11,078 nucleotides of DNA, from positions 1 to 11,078 of IMG/VR virus record IMGVR_UViG_2534681663_000021; one strand, given 5' to 3'. Under the pieces are notes generated by a model that saw nothing but the letters and a program-made list of their open reading frames with translations, made no database searches and had not been told where the DNA came from. Positions 1-6,526 of this stretch are shown here, in pieces. The stretch is from a virus. Taxonomy: Duplodnaviria; Heunggongvirae; Uroviricota; Caudoviricetes. A program made the position numbers and the translations under genes. Every line of letters begins with the position of its first letter. Positions within the stretch are counted from its first letter, which is position 1.

Positions 1-1197
1 ATGGCTCTAACCGATATACAAATCAAACGCGCAAAACCACAAGACAAACCATATACAATGAATGATGGGCAAGGCTTGTCATTACTCATCAATCCAGACG
101 GCTCAAAGGGATGGCGATTCCGCTTTCGTTTTGCCGGTAAAGCGCGGTTAATGTCATTTGGTAGTTACGATCTTGTAAGCCTCGCGGAAGCACGTGAGAA
201 ACGCGATACGGCACGTAAACAGGTTGCAAACGGCATTGATCCAGCAGAAGAACGTAAGGCTCAGAAAATTGCTCAGAAATTATCAACTGAAAACTCTTTT
301 GAGGCCGTTAGCAGAGAATGGCATGCAACAAAAGCAGATCGCTGGACTTTAGCTTATCGCGAAGAAATTATTAAAACATTTGAACAGGATGTTTTTCCTT
401 TCATTGGTAAACGGCCAATAGCTGAAATTAAACCCCTAGAACTGCTTGAAGTTCTTAAACGCATAGAAAAACGTGGAGCGTTGGAGAAAACCAGAAAAGT
501 ACGTCAACGATGCGGAGAGGTGTTTCGCTACGCGATCATCACTGGCCGCGCTGAATACAATCCAGCACCTGATTTAGCTATCGCTCTGGCCGTTCCTAAG
601 CAAAAACACCACCCATTTTTATCTGCCGAAGAATTGCCTTATTTTATTCAAGATCTTGAAGCGTATACCGGAAGCATCATCACTAAAAATGCGACAAAAA
701 TAGTCATGTTAACTGGCGTAAGAACTCAGGAAATGCGCTTTGCCACGTGGGATGAAGTTGACCTTGAGAAAGGAATATGGGAGATTCCAGCTGAAAGGAT
801 GAAAATGCGCAGACCTCATATTGTACCTCTATCTACTCAGGTGATTGCCCTTTTTAAACAGCTCAAGCCTATTAGCGGCCATTATCCCTACATTTTTATA
901 GGTAGAAATAATCGTAGTAAACCTATATCTAAAGAAAGTGTGACACAGGTGATTGAGTTATTAGGCTACAAAGGTCGTGCAACAGGTCATGGGTTCAGGC
1001 ATACCATGTCAACCATTTTGCATGAAAAAGGATTCAATAGTGTATGGATTGAAATGCAATTAGCTCATGTAGATAAAAACACAATTCGAGGCACATATAA
1101 CCATGCACAATATTTAGAGAAAAGGAAAGAAATGATGCAATGGTATAGTGATAGATTATATCCGAAAATGAATATGGAGATATATAATGCACTTTAA
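1..1197 (+). CDS. int: P4-family tyrosine integrase (site-specific recombinase)
   Basis: 398-aa ORF starting MALTDIQIKRAKPQDKPY...GSKGWRFRFRFAGK, the N-terminal pattern of P4-type integrases. C-terminal catalytic region has GHGFRHT (HxxR box) and a downstream Tyr (NHAQY). Sits at the element edge, followed by cos, psu, delta, sid as in a P4 prophage. Confidence 0.9.
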   Translation: MALTDIQIKRAKPQDKPYTMNDGQGLSLLINPDGSKGWRFRFRFAGKARLMSFGSYDLVSLAEAREKRDTARKQVANGIDPAEERKAQKIAQKLSTENSFEAVSREWHATKADRWTLAYREEIIKTFEQDVFPFIGKRPIAEIKPLELLEVLKRIEKRGALEKTRKVRQRCGEVFRYAIITGRAEYNPAPDLAIALAVPKQKHHPFLSAEELPYFIQDLEAYTGSIITKNATKIVMLTGVRTQEMRFATWDEVDLEKGIWEIPAERMKMRRPHIVPLSTQVIALFKQLKPISGHYPYIFIGRNNRSKPISKESVTQVIELLGYKGRATGHGFRHTMSTILHEKGFNSVWIEMQLAHVDKNTIRGTYNHAQYLEKRKEMMQWYSDRLYPKMNMEIYNAL

Positions 1198-2143
1198 ATT
1201 CTACACAACGTTAAGATTTATGAATGTTATAGGGGATAATTTCGATGATTTTGACCTCCTTCCCGGAGTTACTCTAATAAGAGATAGGGCAAAAATTAGA
1301 AAAATAATTAACAAAGATATTAAGCCTTTTACTGGTATCATTGAATATGAACATTTATACAATGCAAATCACATAATTTTTGCCGATCTTAAAGATGATT
1401 TTTTTCAGCCGTCTACAAAAAGCAATTTTGCATTGACGACTTGGCTTTTGTGGATAGATATGCTTATAAATACTTCTTGGTTTATCAAGGATAATGGCAT
1501 GCTTTGCGAAATTGCATATTGCAATAAAACTGATCGCAAAGCATATTCCGAATGGTCGAACAATAGTCTATTAAGTTTATTTACGATGGCAAGCGGTTAT
1601 CGCCATATTGATGTTGAATTTAACAGGAGTGACTTAACTAAGTGGGCAGATATAAACCATCGAGTTCAAACTCACCTATATAATAATAACTCTACTATTT
1701 TTGATTCTTTTGTTGATTCAAAATATTCTCGCTATGGAAGGGCATTGAGTTTTATAAGATCAGCAAAGCGAGATTTCGATCCCGCAATGAAAATATCTCA
1801 CTACTGCAGCGCACTTGAGAGCTTATTCTCAACAGATAGCTCTGAACTTTCTCATAAACTTTCTGAGCGGGTCGCTATTTTCTTAAAACCATATAACTTT
1901 GATCCTATCACTACATTTGATGAAATAAAGTCATTCTATAACATTCGCTCTAAAGTTACTCATGGTGACAGTTTAAAATCATCTAAAGTTGGAAAACTAC
2001 CAGAGGAAAGCATTAAACTTGATAATTATTTAAGAGAAATAATGAATATAATAATAAACTCTGATGAGTTGATGGGTGTATTCAATGGTGATAAGGATAG
2101 CTTTGAAAGCTACTTCAAGAAAAAATTATTGCTTGGCATTTAA
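1187..2143 (+). CDS. AT-rich cargo protein of unknown function in the int-to-cos variable slot; candidate HEPN-like defence/abortive-infection protein
   Basis: 318-aa ORF whose ATG overlaps the int stop by 11 bp, with GGAG 7 nt upstream. Markedly AT-rich against a GC-rich backbone. C-terminal motif NIRSKVTHG is R-x4-H, flanked by predicted helical segments (ISHYCSALESLFS, LSHKLSERVAIFL). No homology search was possible. Confidence 0.6.
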   Translation: MHFKFYTTLRFMNVIGDNFDDFDLLPGVTLIRDRAKIRKIINKDIKPFTGIIEYEHLYNANHIIFADLKDDFFQPSTKSNFALTTWLLWIDMLINTSWFIKDNGMLCEIAYCNKTDRKAYSEWSNNSLLSLFTMASGYRHIDVEFNRSDLTKWADINHRVQTHLYNNNSTIFDSFVDSKYSRYGRALSFIRSAKRDFDPAMKISHYCSALESLFSTDSSELSHKLSERVAIFLKPYNFDPITTFDEIKSFYNIRSKVTHGDSLKSSKVGKLPEESIKLDNYLREIMNIIINSDELMGVFNGDKDSFESYFKKKLLLGI

Positions 2144-2168
2144 ATTGAAAATCATCCATTCGCGCGCA

Positions 2169-2187
2169 GTGCTTTCCCCGCCTCGCC
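2169..2187. other. cos site: P2/P4 19-nt cohesive-end sequence
   Basis: Plus strand reads GTGCTTTCCCCGCCTCGCC, the exact reverse complement of the P2/P4 cohesive end GGCGAGGCGGGGAAAGCAC. Located between the integrase-side cargo and psu, as in P4. Confidence 0.75.
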
Positions 2188-2287
2188 CGCCCGCTTTGCG
2201 GGGCGGTTTTAATGCAGTTGCACTGACACGCTCACGCCGCGTCGGGCGCGGCGTAATCTGCAGGAAATGAGGCGGGAAAACGCATGC

Positions 2288-2321
2288 AAAGCCATGCACC
2301 TTATCGATGCATGGCTTTTTT
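2288..2321 (+). terminator. Rho-independent terminator-like hairpin between cos and psu
   Basis: Perfect 11-bp inverted repeat AAAGCCATGCA / TGCATGGCTTT with a 9-nt loop, followed by a T run (GGCTTTTTT). An A run on the other side means it could act in both directions, also ending the psu transcript. Confidence 0.55.
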
Positions 2322-2351
2322 CAGTAAAAACAGGCGGATTTTCGGGGAATT

Positions 2352-2924
2352 TTACACAGACTGACGTGATGCCAGTTCTGCACTTTTACGCGAAAAAATC
2401 ATGTTCTGCGCAGGGGTGAATTTTTCACGGCTGTCATCCACCGAAGCCGCGTCAGGCCTGAATCCGATGGTCGTTAAAATGTCGCTATCCTGTGCGGAAT
2501 AATTAATTTTTTCACCCTTCGCAAGCCAGGACAGGAGGGCTTCACGCAAAGCATCTGTGGCACGCTGTATGGCACAGTTTCGGGCAATGGCCGTCAGCTC
2601 ACTGTAGCCCATCAGCTCCGGTGCCAGTGCGGCCGCCAGTGCTGTGCCGTGCTGCTGCATAAAATCATTCAGCCGCTCGCGGATGCTGATGTGCTGAACG
2701 GCTTCATGCGAACGAATATAACGACCGGCGGCCTGATTCACCTGCCATTTTCTGACTTCGATAATATTGCGTAATTCGTCCAGGCGGCTGACGTTTCTGC
2801 CTTCTCCTGACAGAAGCCGCAGATATTCCTGTTCGGCCGCTGCCAGCTCATTTTTGCGTTGCAGCCATGCCGCTTTGTTATTCTGGCAGACCTCAAAAGC
2901 CTGCTGTAATGACATTGTGGTCAC
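2352..2924 (-). CDS. psu: Polarity suppression protein Psu (capsid decoration / Rho antagonist)
   Basis: 190-aa ORF, matching P4 Psu in length. Sequence (MTTMSLQQAFEVCQNNKAAWLQRKNELAAAEQEYLRLL...) matches my recollection of P4 Psu. AGGAGA RBS upstream. Last gene of the sid-delta-psu late operon. Confidence 0.85.
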   Translation of the reverse strand: MTTMSLQQAFEVCQNNKAAWLQRKNELAAAEQEYLRLLSGEGRNVSRLDELRNIIEVRKWQVNQAAGRYIRSHEAVQHISIRERLNDFMQQHGTALAAALAPELMGYSELTAIARNCAIQRATDALREALLSWLAKGEKINYSAQDSDILTTIGFRPDAASVDDSREKFTPAQNMIFSRKSAELASRQSV

Positions 2925-2938
2925 ACCCCGTCTCCTGA

Positions 2939-3184
2939 TTAATGGTTGAATGGTGAGCTGTAACAGCCTTTAACTTTTCGGACAACAGCCGGTGCTGTGC
3001 TTGCCGGTGCTGGTTTTTCCTCCGTGACCGGAGAACGAATCACGGCACAAATTGACTCATGCGTTTTAAATGTCGCCGAACAGTAAATATTCTGGCACTG
3101 CAGATAACTTTCTTTGACATTGTCACTCACATACCGGCTGGTGCGAGTATGCGCTGAATGACGACAGAAAGGGCAGCGCATCAT
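2939..3184 (-). CDS. delta: Ogr/Delta-family zinc-finger late-gene transcriptional activator (single-domain form)
   Basis: 81-aa ORF MMRCPFCRHSAHTRTSRYVSDNVKESYLQCQNIYCSATF with the CxxC...CxxC zinc-binding pattern and strong similarity to P2 Ogr (MFHCPLCQHAAHARTSRY...CQNVNCSATF). Lies between sid and psu. Confidence 0.85.
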   Translation of the reverse strand: MMRCPFCRHSAHTRTSRYVSDNVKESYLQCQNIYCSATFKTHESICAVIRSPVTEEKPAPASTAPAVVRKVKGCYSSPFNH

Positions 3185-3914
3185 GACAGCAGTCCTCTGG
3201 CCTTAAGCACTGCTCCCTGCTGGTCTATTTTGTCCTGCCACACCTTGCGCTGTGCCGGTGTGCCTGCCACCTCATAATCCATGTGCGGGAGTGTTGCCGC
3301 TGACAGTCCGGTCAGCCGGAGAACCGGCTCGCCGGTGAGGCTGATTTGCATCTGTTTAATTTTCTGTTCCAGCGATGATTTCACCTGCTGCATGACAGCC
3401 TTTTCCGGTGCGACGTAGCCCTGATGGCCGGTGGTGTTGGCGAGCGGATTTTCCTGTACCAGAATGCTCAGATGCATTGCCCGGACAAGCGCCTCACAGG
3501 TTTCATTCAGGGCGTGTTCCAGCTCATGCTCTGCATACAGACTCAGAAGGTGATGATGTGCCTTCCGGTAGGCGGTGGCCGTGCTGTCACACGCCCCTTT
3601 CAGGCGTTCACGTTCGAAATTCAGCACCACGGCCAGATTGTCATATTCCTGTACCAGCTCCCGGCGTGCCACGCGCTCAATGTGGCGCTGTTTCAGCTCG
3701 TCGCTCAGGACACCACCGGCTGCACGAAAGGCGTGCGCCAGTCGTCAGCGTCGTTTCCGTCGGCCTGCGCCAGCGCATTTTTTTCCTGCTCTGCCCGTTC
3801 AATGGCCGTGACGGTCTCATCCATCAGGCGGGCGTTCTCAAGATGAGCGGCTCTGGCCTTTTCCAGTTGTGCCAGTGCGGGTTGCAGATATTCAGGGATG
3901 GTGTTGTCAGACAT
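3181..3914 (-). pseudogene. sid: sid (external scaffold / capsid size determination) interrupted by a 1-bp frameshift
   Basis: Two minus-strand ORFs: 3705-3914 (MSDNTIPEYLQPALAQLEKARAAH...DDWRT, GAGGAG RBS 7 nt upstream of the ATG at 3912-3914) and 3181-3744 in another frame (AFRAAGGVLSDELKQRHIERVARRELVQEYD...). Together they reconstruct a ~244-aa Sid-like protein if one base is restored near 3730-3735. The total length is one base short of an intact 245-codon gene. Confidence 0.7.
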
Positions 3915-3948
3915 TTTCCGGCTCCTCGTCACTTCAGGTTAAGAAAAT

Positions 3949-3966
3949 TGTGACGTACACCGGACA
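3949..3966. promoter_or_regulatory. TGT-N12-ACA dyad, candidate Delta/Ogr activator site for the divergent late promoters (sid-proximal)
   Basis: TGT at 3949-3951, 12 nt, ACA at 3964-3966. TGT-N12-ACA is the conserved element of P2/P4 late promoters. It would sit near -18 of a minus-strand sid promoter or near -55 of a plus-strand late promoter. Confidence 0.55.
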
Positions 3967-3986
3967 ACAACACGACGCATTGCAGA

Positions 3987-4004
3987 TGTGCCAGCCCTGA
4001 CACA
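3987..4004. promoter_or_regulatory. Second TGT-N12-ACA dyad, candidate Delta/Ogr activator site (about -55 of the sid promoter)
   Basis: TGT at 3987-3989, 12 nt, ACA at 4002-4004; 38 bp from the first dyad. The centre lies about 55 bp upstream of a plausible sid transcription start near 3940. Confidence 0.55.
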
Positions 4005-4083
4005 GGAGACTCATCCTCAGACCGGCAAGCCAGGAAAAGGTCGCAGGAAAAACCGGCTTACTGTTTGTTTTTTTATATTTTAC

Positions 4084-4187
4084 TGTTCACCTCTGTTCAC
4101 CATAAGAAAAAAGATAAGTAATACAGTAAGTTAAAGGGTGAACAATCGCAGTAATGACTGTTCACCGTCTGTTCACCACTGTTCACC
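4084..4187. repeat. ori-like iteron cluster: six copies of the octamer TGTTCACC / GGTGAACA (likely alpha-protein binding sites)
   Basis: TGTTCACC at 4084-4091, 4094-4101, 4159-4166, 4170-4177 and 4180-4187; inverted copy GGTGAACA at 4137-4144. The same octamer recurs downstream of alpha (crr), matching the P4 ori/crr pair about 4.5-4.8 kb apart. Confidence 0.75.
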
Positions 4188-4249
4188 CGTTGATGGGATT
4201 TTTGTGCTGTTTATTACTTTTTATTTTTATTAATTCACTGAAATAAATA

Positions 4250-4285
4250 AGAAAAAACAATTTGTATTTCACTATAATTTTTTCC
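4250..4285 (+). promoter_or_regulatory. Candidate early promoter (P_LE-like) for the alpha operon
   Basis: Perfect -10 hexamer TATAAT at 4273-4278 in an AT-rich tract; the -35 is weak. It is followed by a ~180-nt untranslated leader before the first ORF at 4466. Sequence-only prediction. Confidence 0.3.
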
Positions 4286-4465
4286 AGCTCCTTCCAGAGC
4301 GTTTTAAAGCTATCTGGCGCTGATGTACAAAAAACGCACAGTCATTGTAAGGCTGCCGGAACAAATCCCCCCTGTTGCGTCTGCCAAAAATATTCACAAA
4401 ATAAAGCGCTACCCGAAGCCGGACGGACTTATCCGGTGCTGTATGGACATTAACGAGGTAGCCCG

Positions 4466-4732
4466 ATGCAAGCTGTTTTTTCTTCCCCGTCTCCCGCCCC
4501 TGTGACGCCACTGATGCCGCTGCCGGACATCACGCAGGAGCGTTTTTTACGTCTGCCGGAAGTGATGCACCTGTGCGGCCTGTCACGCTCGACCATCTAC
4601 GAATTCATCCGTAAGGGGGAATTTCCGCCGCAGGTGAGTCTTGGCGGTAAAAATGTGGCCTGGCTGCACTCTGAAGTCACCGCATGGATGGCCGGGCGCA
4701 TTGCCGGACGCAAACGGGGGTACGACGCATGA
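4466..4732 (+). CDS. AlpA-family (phage) transcriptional regulator, HTH
   Basis: 88-aa ORF with [50 protein letters not shown], the AlpA/prophage-regulator HTH signature. GAGG RBS 8 nt upstream. Matches P4 orf88 in length. Confidence 0.8.
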   Translation: MQAVFSSPSPAPVTPLMPLPDITQERFLRLPEVMHLCGLSRSTIYEFIRKGEFPPQVSLGGKNVAWLHSEVTAWMAGRIAGRKRGYDA

Positions 4733-5328
4733 TGATGCCTGTTCTGCAAAAAGTCCCTTTTTCTGGCTTGCCTTTTTCCGGCATTTGCGGATATAGTTTT
4801 TCCGCTGCCGCAAAATCGGCAGCCGGGCGTGAGAACCCGAGCAATCTAACGGCGACATATGACGCGCCATGCGTCTTTTTTTGTGTCGCAATCAACGCCA
4901 CAGAGCGCCAGATTATGGTGTGGTGTGTGGTCAGTCGTGCAGATGGCATTCCGTGCATCCTGCCCGCGTCCGCTCATTATGCCGCAGAGTCAATGGTAGC
5001 TCAGGCGGGGCAGCCTCCGGGCTGGCCGGTATCCGTTAGAGCCGGTATTCTCACCCCCGTCTGGGCTATCGCCATCGAGCGTGAGAACTCCGGCGATAGC
5101 GTAACCTGCTATCTAACGGAGGCTGCCATCATGGCTACAACCCTTACCACCTCACACCCTGAATTTGTCTTTGTGTTTGCGGCTGTCCGTCGCGCAGACC
5201 GTCATCCCCGTATCTGTATGCTTCGCACCGTCGCCGGTGATGAACGCAGCGCCCGCCGTTCCCTTGTCCGTGACTATGTGCTCTCCCTTGCTGCCCGTCT
5301 GCCGGTGGTGGAGGTGTCCCGTGCGTAA
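4729..5328 (+). CDS. Hypothetical protein (199 codons), alpha-operon gene
   Basis: ATG overlaps the stop of the AlpA-like gene (ATGA coupling), and its stop overlaps the next start. Length matches P4 orf199. GC-rich region, so coding status rests on operon context only. Confidence 0.5.
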   Translation: MMMPVLQKVPFSGLPFSGICGYSFSAAAKSAAGRENPSNLTATYDAPCVFFCVAINATERQIMVWCVVSRADGIPCILPASAHYAAESMVAQAGQPPGWPVSVRAGILTPVWAIAIERENSGDSVTCYLTEAAIMATTLTTSHPEFVFVFAAVRRADRHPRICMLRTVAGDERSARRSLVRDYVLSLAARLPVVEVSRA

Positions 5329-5608
5329 TAAAAAAGCCCCTCAGACCGTCTCAGCACGTCATGACGCCCGTGAACACCTCAGCATTGAGGCTTACCATAA
5401 GCTCAACCGCGCCAGCGCCGTATCCCGGTTTGTTGGGGGTGATTTGATTCACCGTGAACTCTCCGGCCTGCATCAGCTCTACATTCCGCATATTTTCAGC
5501 TACCTGAATGAAGATATTGATTTTGTGCTGAATGAGCTGAAAGCCAAAGGCCTGTGCCGCGATTTTCTCGCCCAGCAGAAAGACCGGGGAGACAGGACGC
5601 ATGTTTGA
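5321..5608 (+). CDS. Hypothetical 95-aa protein; possibly the epsilon-like (helper prophage derepression) gene
   Basis: GTG start with GGAGG 6 nt upstream; overlaps the preceding ORF's stop by 8 nt and the next ORF's start. The 95-aa length and position before the 151/106-codon ORFs and alpha fit P4 epsilon, but the identity was not verified. Confidence 0.4.
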   Translation: MRNKKAPQTVSARHDAREHLSIEAYHKLNRASAVSRFVGGDLIHRELSGLHQLYIPHIFSYLNEDIDFVLNELKAKGLCRDFLAQQKDRGDRTHV

Positions 5609-6056
5609 TTTTCCCCAGCCCGGTGAGATTTACCGTTCTGCCGGTTTTCCCGATGTGGCCGTGGTCGGCATTCTGGAAGACGGTATTCCGTGGGAAATGC
5701 CGTACCGCTGCCCGGACATTGTCTGGAATCCGTACCACCGTAAATTCAGTATCCTTGTGCGTATCCTCGCTGACGGGCGCACCACAGACATCCCGCTGGG
5801 GCGTTTTCTGCGGGAATTTACCTGTGACCGTCCTGACCTGTTTAAACGCAGCCCCGTAAACCGGCATGCGGTACTGAAAGAAATGGCCGGAGACCCGGAA
5901 TTACAGAAATGGCGGGAGAAATATCTGGATATTTACCCGCAGGACCCTGTTCCGGTCAGCCGGGCGGCACCGGTGGAGCGGGAATGGCGGGAAATTCCCC
6001 GCACGGAGCCTGACCCGGAAATCACCCCGGATAACAGTTACCGCAATTATCTGTAA
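5601..6056 (+). CDS. Hypothetical protein (151 aa), alpha-operon gene
   Basis: ORF starting [18 protein letters not shown] with a GGGAGA RBS, translationally overlapping the upstream ORF. Length matches P4 orf151. Confidence 0.6.
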   Translation: MFDFPQPGEIYRSAGFPDVAVVGILEDGIPWEMPYRCPDIVWNPYHRKFSILVRILADGRTTDIPLGRFLREFTCDRPDLFKRSPVNRHAVLKEMAGDPELQKWREKYLDIYPQDPVPVSRAAPVEREWREIPRTEPDPEITPDNSYRNYL

Positions 6057-6191
6057 TTAAAAAACGACACCCGAAAAATTAAATGTGCGTATTCGCGCAG
6101 GGATACGCACGTCTTCAGGAGACGCAGATATGCCTTATCAGTTAATGCAACCGGCACGGAATGCAGTCATCTGTCACAGGGAGGAAAACAA

Positions 6192-6512
6192 ATGAAAACA
6201 CCCTTACCGCCCGCCTTACGCGCTGCCCTTTACCGTCGCGCTGTCGCCTGTGCCTGGCTGACCGTGTGCGAACGTCAGCACCGCTACCCGCATCTCACCC
6301 TTGAATCACTGGAGGCGGCCATCGCCGCTGAGCTGGAAGGCTTTTATCTGCGCCAGCACGGTGAGGAAAAAGGGCGCCAGATAGCCTGTGCCCTGCTGGA
6401 AGATTTAATGGAATCCGGCCCCCTGAAGGCCGCGCCGTCGCTGTCCTTTCTCGGGCTGGTTGTGATGGATGAACTCTGTGCCCGTCACATAAAAGCGCCG
6501 GTACTGCACTGA
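6192..6512 (+). CDS. Hypothetical protein (106 aa) immediately upstream of alpha
   Basis: [22 protein letters not shown]... with a GGGAGG RBS 8 nt upstream. Length and position match P4 orf106. Confidence 0.6.
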   Translation: MKTPLPPALRAALYRRAVACAWLTVCERQHRYPHLTLESLEAAIAAELEGFYLRQHGEEKGRQIACALLEDLMESGPLKAAPSLSFLGLVVMDELCARHIKAPVLH

Positions 6513-6526
6513 AGGAGAACAACACC

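Noticed and set aside
89-286. 65-aa minus-strand ORF inside int
   Set aside because: Fully embedded antisense in the integrase coding region with no supporting signals.
2076-2270. 64-aa plus-strand ORF spanning the cos site
   Set aside because: It covers the cohesive-end sequence and GC-rich terminator-like repeats, and its translation is arginine-rich low complexity. The region is better explained as the cos/packaging signal.
3408-3953. Plus-strand ORFs of 181, 140 and 78 aa overlapping sid
   Set aside because: Antisense to the sid fragments, arginine/cysteine-rich low-complexity translations, no plausible start context; consistent with GC-rich noise.
4084-4187. Repeated 8-mers considered as a possible CRISPR array or tandem-repeat element
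   Set aside because: The units are 8 bp with irregular spacing and mixed orientation and recur downstream of the replication gene, which fits replication-origin iterons and not CRISPR repeats (which are ~28-37 bp with regular spacers).
4272-4958. Minus-strand ORFs (79, 102 and 93 aa) and a 63-aa plus-strand ORF across the leader, AlpA-like gene and 199-codon gene
   Set aside because: They overlap better-supported plus-strand genes or the leader and lack RBS or start context; the 214-aa track ORF at 4684 is better explained by the internal ATG at 4729 coupled to the AlpA-like stop.
5165-5867. Track ORF 5165-5608 (147 aa) and antisense ORFs 5351-5602 and 5496-5867
   Set aside because: The 5' part of the 147-aa frame overlaps the 199-codon ORF in another frame; a GTG at 5321 with a GGAGG RBS gives a cleaner 95-aa gene. 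The antisense ORFs have no support.
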